DNA from: Macrostomum lignano
Taxonomy: Eukaryota
Assembly: GCA_002269645.1 (NCBI GenBank)
Contig: NIVC01000953.1
Location: forward strand, 124,001-188,000
DNA: 64,000 nucleotides
Reading direction: 5' to 3'
Shown here: positions 1 to 25,200 of the stretch, piece by piece
How the letters are laid out: each line of letters opens with the position of its first letter
Numbering within the stretch: position 1 is the stretch's first letter
The notes under the pieces: model-generated
Seen by the model: the letters and a program-made list of their open reading frames with translations, nothing else
What the model was told of the DNA's origin: nothing
The model's database searches: none
Translations under genes and position numbers: made by a program

Positions 1-140
1 GACTCTCTCACCATCTCACCTTTTGACTCTCTCACCATCTCACCTTTGACTATCTCACCATCTCACCCTTTGACTCTCTCACCATCTCACCTTTTGACTC
101 TCTCACCATCTCACCCTTTGATTCTCCCGCCATCTCACCT
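1..140. repeat. ~24-bp minisatellite (GACTCTCTCACCATCTCACCTTTT)
   Basis: About 5 tandem copies. Confidence 0.85.
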
Positions 141-924
141 TTGACTACCTCGCCCAGTCTCAATATTCCCTATCTTAAAGACCAAACTTTAAAAAAGCGT
201 CAAAAAAGTCCCGTATTGATAACAATCCATGGTTGTAATTCGCAGTTATTGGTGATAAGGCAGTGAAATTATCGGTCGCACACTTATAGTATTTAGATTC
301 AATCTGTACTGTCTGTACGCTATAATTTGGTCTCCATGCCAATTGACCGGCGTCTTGATCTTTTTTTTAGCTTCAGGGGGGGGGGGGTAGTATGAAGCCA
401 TGCGGCTGGTGACACAGCGTGAGGCCTGTTTAATTCCCCTTGGTTCCCGCTCTGTGCTATCGGGCGCATAATTTCTTAGATTCGGTGAAAGTTTTTCTAT
501 ACATAGAAGAATAAATTAGCCCAATTCTTGTCTCAAGTATAGATAGATTATAGATAGACAGACTGCTCACTGTGAGTAGTCAATTATCGACTTAGGGGGG
601 GGGGGCGGGGGGTTTGGTGTGGGTAAATGCATGGAGAGCAACAGCCTCAGTGCCTCAAGGCGATGTTGGATGCTGTGCGAGAGGCCTGAGGGAAACAGGG
701 AAACGAGAGCTGAAGTCTCTGAGAAGACCTTGGCAACCATGGATCCATGCAGCAGCTCAGTGTGAAGTCTCTAAATAGAGATTTTTTGAGAGGCAGTCTG
801 TTAGTTTAATTGTATATTTTTAATTGTTTTTTTTTGTCTTTCGAGTGAATTGATTGGAGTGAAGTTTGTACTCTGCTGAGATGCTCTATTAGGGGCATTG
901 CTCTGGCTTGGGTATTTTTAATAA

Positions 925-1315
925 CTATGGGTATTTCTATATCTATGAATATTTTCAATGGGTATTTCTGTATCTATGGGTATTTCTATATCTATGGGTA
1001 TTCCTGTATCTATGGGTATTTTTGTATCTATGGGTATTTTTGTATCTATGGGATTTCTGTATCTATGGGTATTTCTGTATCTATATGGGTTTTTGTACAT
1101 CTATGGGTATTTCTGTATCTATGGGTATTTCCGTATCTATGGGTATTTCTGTATCTATGGGTATTTCTGTATCTATGGGATTTCTGTATCTATGGGTATT
1201 TCTGTATCTATGGGTATTTCCGTATCTATGGGTATTTCTGTATCTATGGGTATTTCTGTATCTATGGGATTTCTGTATCTATGGGTATTTCTGTATCTAT
1301 GAGTATTTCTGGGTA
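925..1315. repeat. 18-bp minisatellite (GTATCTATGGGTATTTCT)
   Basis: Tandem copies with 17-bp variants. Confidence 0.9.
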
Positions 1316-2409
1316 TTCTTATCTACCAAATTTTCGTTGTGGGTATTCGGGTATTTCTATGTGCACACGATATCTCAGGTAAAATTGAATATGAAACAGA
1401 GTAATAGCTCGGGCTATTATAGAATTCAGTTAAAACAAATTTGAATCTTTTTAAACTTGCGGATTTATCATAATATACAAACGCAGCCTAGCTAAAACTA
1501 TTTAAGATATAATTTGATAAGTATAAATTAGCTCCAAAATGAGACAGAAAGCTTCATTTATGCCAAACAGTACTGCAAACGGAGATGCTATGCATGCTTC
1601 TGCGTGTGGCGCAGATTTCTTATACATAGGCCCTGTCTGACAACTCTTAGTCTTCTCACATTTGATAACATATTGTTAGGTGACAGGTGATGATTGCACA
1701 ACAACTGCTGCTTGCCCTCGGGGCGTGAATAAAATGTGCCACGCGGTTGCCTGCTTTGATGCTGATGGGGGGGAGTAGTCTAACCCTGATTTGGCCTATA
1801 CCTGGAAGTCCTAAGGTAACATGCTTACATGGTAAACTAGCTACTATAGAAGAATTAAACAGGTAGATGTTAGGGAGGCCATACAAGCGCTGCTCTCTTG
1901 GCTCTGCTTTTAGAAGAAGCAAAGCAGAAGAAGCAGCAAAATTTCTCTAGTCTTTAGTTTAGTATTTTTTCTACAATGTAACAAGGAAATATATTAAGAA
2001 TAAGGAAGGACGGAAGAGGCCCGCCCAGAGGCGGAGAGAAGAACGGAGGGGCAGGGGGGCTTTTTTAGAATTTGTTGAAGCGTTAAATTCGGTTGGATCA
2101 CAAGCGGGAGGACCGTCTCCCGTCTCGACAGCTCCCAATTGGCTGGCGGGCTCCCACGCCTGCAGTTCCCATTGGCCGTCGGAGGACACAGTGAAGGCGC
2201 CGCCCTGCTGCCTACTTGATTTCCAAGCCAGTGGGTCTTGAACAGCCCCAGACTGCTCCTGCTTATTCTTGCTTGCGCTCGCACGAGAAATCACATTACA
2301 CAATATACGCTTGAGTTAAGTCGCCCACTGAAGCAAAGTTCAAGTCTATACTTGTTAGTCTGTATACTATATACATTACTATATACTATAAAGCGGTGAA
2401 CAAATAGGT

Positions 2410-16231
<13,822 letters not shown>

Positions 16232-16839
16232 GCTCATTTGAGAAAATATTTATTTTAAAGAAACATTCAGCCTCATTATTAATATACTGCGTGTGCGCAT
16301 GTAGGGCCCCGTAATGCCAAGTACTTTTAATGGTTTTCTAATTGTTATTTTATAGCACTGCATACAAATCAACTTAGAGTGCATCTGCACTGCTGTCTCC
16401 TGCATAAAAGTACATGTCTGCATGCTCTTTCTATGAAAATATATTTAAAAAACTAATTCAATTTTTCATTCACTATTTGTTAAATTCGACTCAGTTGCAA
16501 ATTGCAAAAATAATTTGAGCCTTCGAAACACCAATTCAGATAGATTATAGGAGCTACATTTATAGCGGCATAGATATCTATAAAAAGTTTACATAGCCCA
16601 ACACAATTTATAAGGAATGTTTAACCGCTGAAAAAATTCCAATTTAGCTCATAAAAACAAAGAAACAGGAAAAATAATACTACTGAAGTATTAGCTTACT
16701 TAAAGTAGCATAACAGAACCAGATCGAGAGAAATGTAGCAATATATAATAAAATAATTAAATTTCTTCGAATAAAAATAACATTTGAATCTTTGAATTAA
16801 AACCGGAGCCAAATTAAAACAAAAAACATTTAACGCCAA

Positions 16840-17148
16840 TCAAAGTTCGTCATGATCCACCGCTTCGGGAAGGTCAAACAAGGAATCAGACAGGTCGATG
16901 TTGTCAAGCAGGTCCTCGATGCTGGGTGCTGGCTGGGCCGCCTCCTTTGCCCTCTGCTCTTCATTGAACTGGCGGACTGCATGAAATGGGGAGGATGATG
17001 GGGCAGTGCTGTGTGATGCAGCTCGAAGTGCATCTATTCTACTGATGTGTTTTAAACACGAGAATTTGGGATCTGGCAACTCAATAACCTCAGTTAGGGC
17101 AATTGCTGAGGGCCCAGAATCTGGGGATCTGTGACTGGAGAGAAATTT
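16840..17148 (-). CDS. Probable terminal coding exon ending in HDEL (likely last exon of the PLA2G12 gene)
   Basis: Open frame of 102 codons after a strong acceptor (cttttctttcag) ending ...LFDLPEAVDHDEL*. It lies downstream of PLA2G12 exon 4 on the same strand, beyond a repeat-filled stretch typical of introns here. Confidence 0.5.
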   Translation of the reverse strand, partial: KFLSSHRSPDSGPSAIALTEVIELPDPKFSCLKHISRIDALRAASHSTAPSSSPFHAVRQFNEEQRAKEAAQPAPSIEDLLDNIDLSDSLFDLPEAVDHDEL

Positions 17149-17515
17149 CTGAAAGAAAAGCATAAAAACCTTGGCAGGTTGTCAGAGAACAGCTAATATC
17201 GTTACTTTACCACCTGAAAAATGGAAACAAATAAACCGTAACCTGACATTAAATAATCTAAGCCATTAAAGCAAGAGTAACAAACAGATATTCAAGGGCG
17301 CAACTCACTCAATGACCTGTTTTGTTTTCTGTAAATCAATAAATCATTTTCGCGGTTGTTAAAAGTAAATTTAGTATTTAAAAATGACAATAATAACAAT
17401 AATTTTAGTCTTTGCTTCATGCAAACAAGACAGCCAGGCAGATTCTGTAGAGCAAGCAAAATAGCAAGTCATCAGTGCCATTAAGCTCCCAGATTCCCTC
17501 TGCTGAGCCAGCCTC

Positions 17516-18330
17516 TCAGATCCCCATACCTCTGTCCCAGATCCCCATACCTCCCTCCCAGATCCCCAGACCTCCCTCCCAGATCCCCATACCTCCCTCC
17601 CAGATCCCCATACCTCTGTCCCAGATCCCCATACCTCCCTCCCAGATCCCCAGACCTCCCTCCCAGATCCCCAGACCTCCCTCCCAGATCCCCAGACCTC
17701 CCTCCCAGATCCCCAGACCTCCCTCCCAGATCCCCAGACCTCCCTCCCAGATCCCCAGACCTCCCTCCCAGATCCCCAGACCTCCCTCCCAGATCCCCAT
17801 ACCTCCCTCCCAGATCCCCATACCTCTGTCCCAGATCCCCATACCTCCCTCCCAGATCCCCAGACCTCCCTCCCAGATCCCCATACCTCCCTCCCAGATC
17901 CCCATACCTCTGTCCCAGATCCCCATACCTCCCTCCCAGATCCCCAGACCTCCCTCCCAGATCCCCAGACCTCCCTCCCAGATCCCCAGACCTCCCTCCC
18001 AGATCCCCATACCTCTGTCCCAGATCCCCAGACCTCCCTCCCAGATCCCCATACCTCTGTCCCAGATCCCCAGACCTCCCTCCCAGATCCCCATACCTCC
18101 CTCCCAGATCCCCATACCTCCCTCCCAGATCCCCATACCTCTGTCCCAGATCCCCATACCTCTGTCCCAGATCCCCATACCTCCCTCCCAGATCCCCAGA
18201 CCTCCCTCCCAGATCCCCATACCTCCCTCACCAGATCCCCAGACCTCCCTCCCAGATCCCCATACCTCCCTCCCAGATCCCCATACCTCCCTCACCAGAT
18301 CCCCAGATTTCCCTCCCAGATCCCCAGACC
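17516..18330. repeat. 21-bp minisatellite (CAGATCCCCAGACCTCCCTCC)
   Basis: Tandem copies. Confidence 0.92.
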
Positions 18331-18371
18331 CAGAGCCACCCGGGTCAAACGCTAATCACTGAAAAGCCAGC

Positions 18372-21322
18372 TCAATGCCGCTCACTTTTGTCCTGAGCAG
18401 TTGAACCTGTAGGTTTCACTCCGCCGCCGCACACACAAGCGCTGGCCTGGGCCTCGCGGTAAAATTGGCAGCCCACCGACACCACAGTCAGGTGGAAGGC
18501 GGCAGCGGTGGCCCGGCATTCTGGAATGATGCAACAGTTTGACACAATTTGGCACACCTGACAGTCTGACACCCTTATATCACTTGTGTAGCCTAGCAGG
18601 AGAAAGCTTTAAACCCACTCTGACACCCAATTTAATCATCCTGACACCAAATTTAATCAACCTGACACCCAATTTAATAAACCTGACACCCAATTTAATC
18701 ATCCTGACACCCAATTTAATAAACCTGACACCCAATTTAATAAACCTGACACCCAATTTAATCAACCTGACACCCGATTTAATCAACCTGACACCCAATT
18801 TAATCAACCTGACACCCAATTTAATCATCCTGACACCCTATTTAATCAACCTGACACCCAATTTAATCAACCTGACACCCGATTTAATCAACCTGACACC
18901 CGATTTAATCAACCTGACACCCAATTTAATCAACCTGACACCCGATTTAATCAACCTGACACCCAATTTAATCAACCTGTCACCCAGTTTAACCCACCTG
19001 ACACCCAGTTTAACCCACCTGACACCCAGCTTAACCCACCTGACACCCAGTTTAACCCACCTGACACCCGATTTAACCCACCTGACACCCGATTTAACCC
19101 ACCTGACACCCAGTTTAACCCAGCTGACACCCGATTTAACCCACCTGACACCCGATTTAACCCACCTGACACCCAGTTTAACCCACCTGACACCCGATTT
19201 AACCCACCTGACACCCGATTTAACCCACCTGACACCCAGTTTAACCCAGCTGACACCCGATTTAACCCACCTGACACCCGATTTAACCCACCTGACACCC
19301 AGTTTAACCCACCTGACACCCGATTTAACCCACCTGACACCCGATTTAACCCACCTGACACCCAGTTGAACCCACCTGACACCCAGTTTAACCCACCTGA
19401 CACCCGATTTAACCCACCTGACACCAGATTTAACCCACCTGACACCCAGTTTAACCCAGCTGACACCCAGTTAGCTCAGCAACACGCATTGAGTGCCCCA
19501 CCTGTCAGAGCCTCATCAGATTTGATGGCTCCAGATTTGCGCATCTGCTCACACGAGTCGGCCATGCAGGCATTGAAGCTGCGGTCGCACACGGCCTGAC
19601 CCCTACCGCAGGTGCCATAGCAGATGTCGTGCTTATTACAGCAATCTGTCAGGCCAGGGAAAGCTGACACGTCGGGCTGCGGGTGCCATACCAGGGATTA
19701 TGAGAATATAGAATTCCTTTATAATACTGTAGACCAACGTAAATTAGTGATTTTTGATTTACCTTGAAGCCGTGAGAGCCGCACCCGTTTGGCACTACTT
19801 TGTGATTAGGCTTGGCCTTGGGAGTTGCCCCTGCGGGGAAAAGGAGAGTGGGGGGAGAGTCAGTGAGGGGGGCAGTGAAAGTCAGTGGGGAGGCAATGAG
19901 AGTCAGTGGGGGGCAGTGAGAGTCAGTGGGGCAGTGAGAGTCAGTGGGGGGCAATGAGAGTCAGTGGGGGGCAGTGAGAGTCAGTGGGGGGCAGTGAGAG
20001 TCAGTGGGGGCAGTGAGAGTCAGTGGGGGGGCAATGAGAGTCAGTGGGGGGCAATGAGAGTCAGTGGGGGGGCAGTGAGAGTCAGTGGGGGCAGTGAGAG
20101 TCAGTGGAAGGCAATGAGAGTCAGTGGGGGGCAGTAAGAGTCAGTGGGGGCAGTGAGAGTCAGTGGGGGGCAGTAAGAGTCAGTGGGGGGCAGTGAGAGT
20201 CAGTGGGGGGCAGTGAGAGTCAGTGGGAGGCAGTGAGAGTCAGTGGGGGGGCAGTGAGAGTCAGTGGAACCCGTCGAACTTTTCACCCGGAATTTCGCCC
20301 GGAAATTTTTGCGTTCACCCGGAATTTTTTCCTATTCCAGTAATGCAATCTGATCCGGGTGGAAATTCCGGATCTGTAACGAAAGTTTACAGAATCCGGG
20401 CGAAATTTCCGGATCAAAAAGAAAAATTCCGGAAAATAGACCCGGATCGCTAAAAAAATCCGGTGACTGTTCCGGGTGCGATCCGGGCGAGTGAACCGGA
20501 TCAACACACGAATCCGGGCTAAATTCCGGGCGACGAAAACCGGATCAACACACAATTCCGGGCGAGTGAACCGGATCAGCACACGAATCCAGGCTAAATT
20601 CCGGGCGAGTGAACCGGATCAGCACACGAATCCGGGCTAAATTCCGGGCGAGTGGACCGGATCAGCACACGAATCCGGGCTAAATTCCGGGCGAGTGGAC
20701 CGGATGGTTACAGAATTCCGGGCGAGTGGACCGGATCAACACACAATTCCGGGCGAGTGAGCCGGATCAGCACACGAATCCGGGCTAAATTCCGGGCGAG
20801 TGAACCGGATCAGCACACGAATCCGGGCTAAATTCCGGGCGAGTGGACCGGATCAGCACACGAATCCGGGCTAAATTCCGGGCGAGTGGACCGGATAGTT
20901 ACGGAATTCCGGGCGAGTGGATGGGGGGAATGAGAATCAGTGGAGGGCAGTGAGAGTCAGTTTGGGATAGGCCTAAGGATAGTCAGGAGTCAGAATTAAT
21001 TACTATATTACTTTAGCATACAGCACTCACCATTAGGGCACTTATATACGCAATTGCCATTGTCAGGTGCAGAAAGACTTTCAAGTACATTTTCAAAACC
21101 ATGAATCAGATTTTGCATTGCTTTGCCAGAAGTCTTTATAGATTTACCATTCTTTTTGGCATCTTTGGCAACTTGCTTTTCTAGGAAATCTTTAGGCAGT
21201 AAAGACTTAAATATATCTTTCAATGCCTCATCATTGTTATTGGCACCTGCTGTTGCAGCTTGCAAATAACCAACAGAAATCAATTGAATGCAGATAATCA
21301 GCCATATAAACATTTTATCCAT
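18372..21322 (-). CDS. PLA2G12: Group XII secretory phospholipase A2; complement(join(18372 or 18386..18520,19502..19676,19763..19830,21031..21322))
   Basis: Signal peptide, then NCVYKCPNG|...PNGCGS...CCNKHDICYGTC (His-Asp dyad)...CDRSFNACM...GCQFYREAQASACVC, the group XII Cys pattern. GT-AG junctions checked with phases 1,0,1. The 3' end is ambiguous: stop at 18372, or donor A|GTGAGC at 18385. Confidence 0.9.
18615..19470. repeat. 21-bp minisatellite (CTGACACCC.ATTTAA...), PLA2G12 intron 3
   Basis: Tandem copies with a polar variant gradient. Confidence 0.92.
19855..20267. repeat. ~20-bp minisatellite (GAGAGTCAGTGGGGGGCAGT), PLA2G12 intron 1
   Basis: Tandem copies next to the acceptor at 19831. 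Confidence 0.9.
20280..20920. repeat. CCGG-rich element with 43-bp tandem array, inserted in the 20-bp array
   Basis: Unit AATTCCGGGCGAGTGAACCGGATCAGCACACGAATCCGGGCTA; the 20-bp unit resumes at ~20935. Confidence 0.85.
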
Positions 21323-23999
21323 TATTCAATAATCATGAATGACAATGATACATATATAGACTTACTATTGCTATCTAAGGAAAGAAAAAGTCAAGGTAAT
21401 TATGTTTCATACAAAAAATGACTAGGTATTGCATTTGTATTCATTATAATACTTGCATAAATGTAAACTTATTAAAAAATCATTTTCATCAATCATTAAT
21501 TTCTTTAAAATATTTTTTAAATCTTCCATTATTCAAACAAAAGTTGGTTGTCTTCTATGACAAATTATACTTTCTTAACTATTGCCTATACAAGTGTATA
21601 TACAATAAATTTAATTTAACATCCTATGTTCCTATACAGAGTATGCAAGACAAAAATTCTTATGAGCATAGTCAGAAAGATGGCCTTTAGCATGGAAAAT
21701 AGTGGCAAGCATAAGGACCCAAAAAACCTCCTAGTAAAACAAATAAAATCATTTACAATCTCTAGTCCTTGTTATTTGTCTAAAAGCAATTTTTGTAAAA
21801 TGAGGAATTTTAAAGCAATGTTTGCTAATAAGGCAATAACTCCAAAGCAAAACCTTGAGGTTGCGAGGTAGCAAAGCAAATTTTTAGGTATAGAAAAATT
21901 TTATTGTCTATGAAACAACTGCTTAAGGCTAATTGAATGAAGTGTATTCCATACTCTAGAAGGCTTAGCCAGAAAAATTGGCATGCATTGGGTATGTGGC
22001 ATAGTGGCATGCTATGCCATGGAATAGCATGAGCTAGCTTGATAGGATATAATGTGTGGTATAGTATGATTGTCAGAGAGGCAGTCTTCTTGAGTTTTAA
22101 AAATACCCATAAATCTACTTTATCTTGTTTGCTTTTACTAATAAATAAAAATACATTTTTGCAACAAAACATATTTGTAATATAATGCTTATGCCTATGG
22201 TTTATTTTTAATTATTGTCAATGGTCTGCAATCTGCATGGTGTGTAGTCAGTGAGCATAGCATATAGTAAGTGTGCAAACAAAAAACTCCCTGGGATACA
22301 TTCCAGAATGCATCCAATATGATCCACAATATGGAGTGCATTGCAGATTGTAAAGTGAGGGAAAATTGAAAATTATAATGCCAAATAAAAAAAGGAGAAT
22401 CCTCTAAAAAATAAATTCATGCTGCAGAGACACATAATTTATGACAGACTCCTAGACTGTAACTCCGTGAAAGAAGCCAGGAACATTTTGATCATTCATT
22501 CATAATGCCATTTAGGCACTAAAGGCAAAGCTATACCAATGGTAAATTCTAGTGTATAGAAGGATCAAAGTATATTATTGGCATACAACTTGGCATACAG
22601 AGGGGCTTGGAATGCCTTCATGGTATATAGCTTGGCATATAGAGATTGCCAAGCTTGGCACTTTTTTCAACCTCCAATAGTTCTTAGCTTGCCACTTTAC
22701 CACATGCCCAGAAAATGCTAGGGCAACTGCCAACAACTACTGTTCAGTGCCATGCCCTGGGCCAAGCTTAGTCAACGATTGGGCCCCTATGGCTGCGGCG
22801 ATAGTGTCTATACCCACCCTGGTGGCTGCAACTAAGGCTACAACAGCTTGTAATGGTGGGCCAGACTTTGGCCTTATCTTAGCCTCCCCAGGCTGGGATA
22901 GGCCTAGCTCTACACAACTGCTAATAATCATCTGACCTAGCAGTCCCCCTCCGAGAAGTTGCCATCTAGACCTCAGATAGACAAGCCATTAATATACAGT
23001 CAAAATAAACTTTAGCAGGCTTTCCCAATGGCGCCACCCAACACATTGGAGACTATAGGCTAGGTCAATGCTATCACCTAGGCTGACCTTTTAGAAACTA
23101 CAACCCTGCTGGCTGCTCCTGAACTGGATCTGGCAACCTAAGTGGAGGGAGTTGCCATCTACCTGGCTGCTAGTTTCGCCACTGTTGCCAACCATGGAGC
23201 CCAGCCAACCTTTCAATAACCTGACTAGACTCAGATGTATATGCTCCTAGACCAAAGCCAACAAGACGCCTTTGATTGTGCAACTGATTGACCTTGCCAA
23301 CGTAGCCCTTCAAAGCCTGGCTTATCTGGTAGTGTTGCAGAGTGTTGCCTATTGCATAATCAGGCATATGGCTTAGATGCACCCCAGTCATCCCTGGCAA
23401 GATTGCCATCTATGCCTTATCCCTTTCCTCCTTTGTATTCTTGTTGGCAGCCTCTGAGCCTATTAGCTTGGGCTACTCTTGGTTTGTTTATTGTCTGTCT
23501 GTCCTCTTTTTCCAGCCTTATGAGCCAGTGACAAGGTCAGCCTAGCATTATTTTGTGAAAAGTACAGCGCACCTAGCCTATACTTTTGGTCTGCTTGTAC
23601 AGTAGCAAATTTGTTTGCATGTAGACCCTTGTGCCATTTGAGGAAATCTTGGATTCAGTTTCTAAAAATAGAACTGCAGCCTTGCCTCTTGTAGGCATGA
23701 CCTCCCCTTTTTAGTTCTAACTTAGAGAACTTTAGTCATGCCATATTGTAAGCACTGGTGCAATTCTATTATGTTGTGTTAAGGTGCAATTGTTTCAGCC
23801 ATCCTATAAGTGAGAACCTCCCTCTTGCCTTAGTTCAGTCAAGAAGTTTTGCAGTATATCATCTCAATTTTAAGTTGTCTTTATTACTTTGTCATTAGAC
23901 ATTTACCTTTTCAATTCTATTGTCTACTTGTCATTGATAGCCTGTGCCAAGCTAATAAGAAATTAGCAATATCCAATCTACATTGCACCAAGCCTGGCA

Positions 24000-25200
24000 G
24001 GAACTATTGATGAGGTATGCACCATTGCAAGCTGTCAAGCCTTTTTAAAAAAAGCTTATCCAAGTTTGATATAACTACAATTGAATTAGATGAATCAGAT
24101 AATACTGATAATGCCTATGATGTGATAAAGCCATTGTTGAAAGAATACTTTATCAAGATTAACCTTCCTGCATTTCTAGTAAGAAACTGCTTAGGATTTT
24201 TTGCAAAGTAATTCCAGAACTTCCAAAGGATTACTGGACATTACTTAAACCTGCAATTCAACCAGTATCTCTAAAAGAAGTGAGACCCTGGCCATTATTA
24301 TCACTTTGGCATTGCTATTGGAATTGAAATTTCTGATTAAGTGTGAACTGATTTACCCTACTGATACAATTTCTTTGATTATAAATGTTGATGGCATGAC
24401 TTTTCAAAAGTTCAGAAAAAACTTATTGGGTCACTCTAGATGCTATTAAGAACATTAAAAACTGTATCTTTGTCATTGGTATATACTTTGGAAAAAAACT
24501 AGCCAACAGCTTCAATAGAATTTTTGCAGGACTTTGTAAGCAAGTTTTAAATGTTAACTGAGTTATCTAGCATTCCCTACAAGGAAAAATGGTGCTAGTG
24601 GAGCTAAAGTAAATTGTATAGAATCTTCCTACAAGAAATTTGTGAATAATGCTATTGACCACACAGGTTACTTTTTGTGGGACTACTGCACAACAAAAAG
24701 TACATACTGCAGGGAAGCTAGAACAGTAGTTTTTCTAGAAACAGATGCTCCTTGTAGAACTGACCACTCTTTTTAGGTTGAGTTGCAATGTTGGCACCAA
24801 GGTATACAGCCAATATAGAACATCTACCCTAAACCACCTGGCTTTGATGGTTATTTTCAGTTTAGGCGAGTTCAAGTCAAGGCTAACATTATGCTAAGTT
24901 TGCATTGACAGGATGCTTATTTTGTTATGCAAAAACACAAGTGTAGTTGCTTGCAAGCTAGTAGCAATTCTTCAAAGGTCTCAAGACTATGATGTTATAC
25001 TTGTGTTCTAATGATTTTTACAAAAGGAACCATTTTATAGCAAGCCTTTGAACTTTTCAAGAATAGGAATTTTTGCCTTAGGCATTTAGAAGACTTTTTG
25101 AAAACATGATCACTAGCAGATATGTATGCAAAGCTAATGGTTGTTGAACTCAAATCTGAAAAATGTAGGAAAAAGGCCTAGTATGTATTGAAACTTCTGT
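24000..25200 (+). mobile_element. Degenerate CACTA/EnSpm-type transposase relic
   Basis: Frameshifted, stop-ridden fragments INVDGMTFQK, YWVTL, IFVIGIYFGKK, EFLQDFV, HTGYF..DYC, VVFLETDAPCRTDHSF. These match the order of conserved blocks in animal CACTA (Transposase_21-like) transposases. Confidence 0.65.

Noticed and set aside
2010-2300. GC box and CCAAT-like motifs as the Pax6 promoter
   Set aside because: Plausible, but short motifs alone cannot place a TSS; an upstream non-coding exon or trans-splicing is possible.
17170-17185. In-frame TGA upstream of the HDEL ORF as selenocysteine or read-through
   Set aside because: It lies in sequence with clear intron features (pyrimidine tract plus AG at 17149); no SECIS recognised.
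22680-23560. GC-richer decayed ORF-like stretch (possible LINE ORF1/gag)
   Set aside because: No motif I can assign with confidence.
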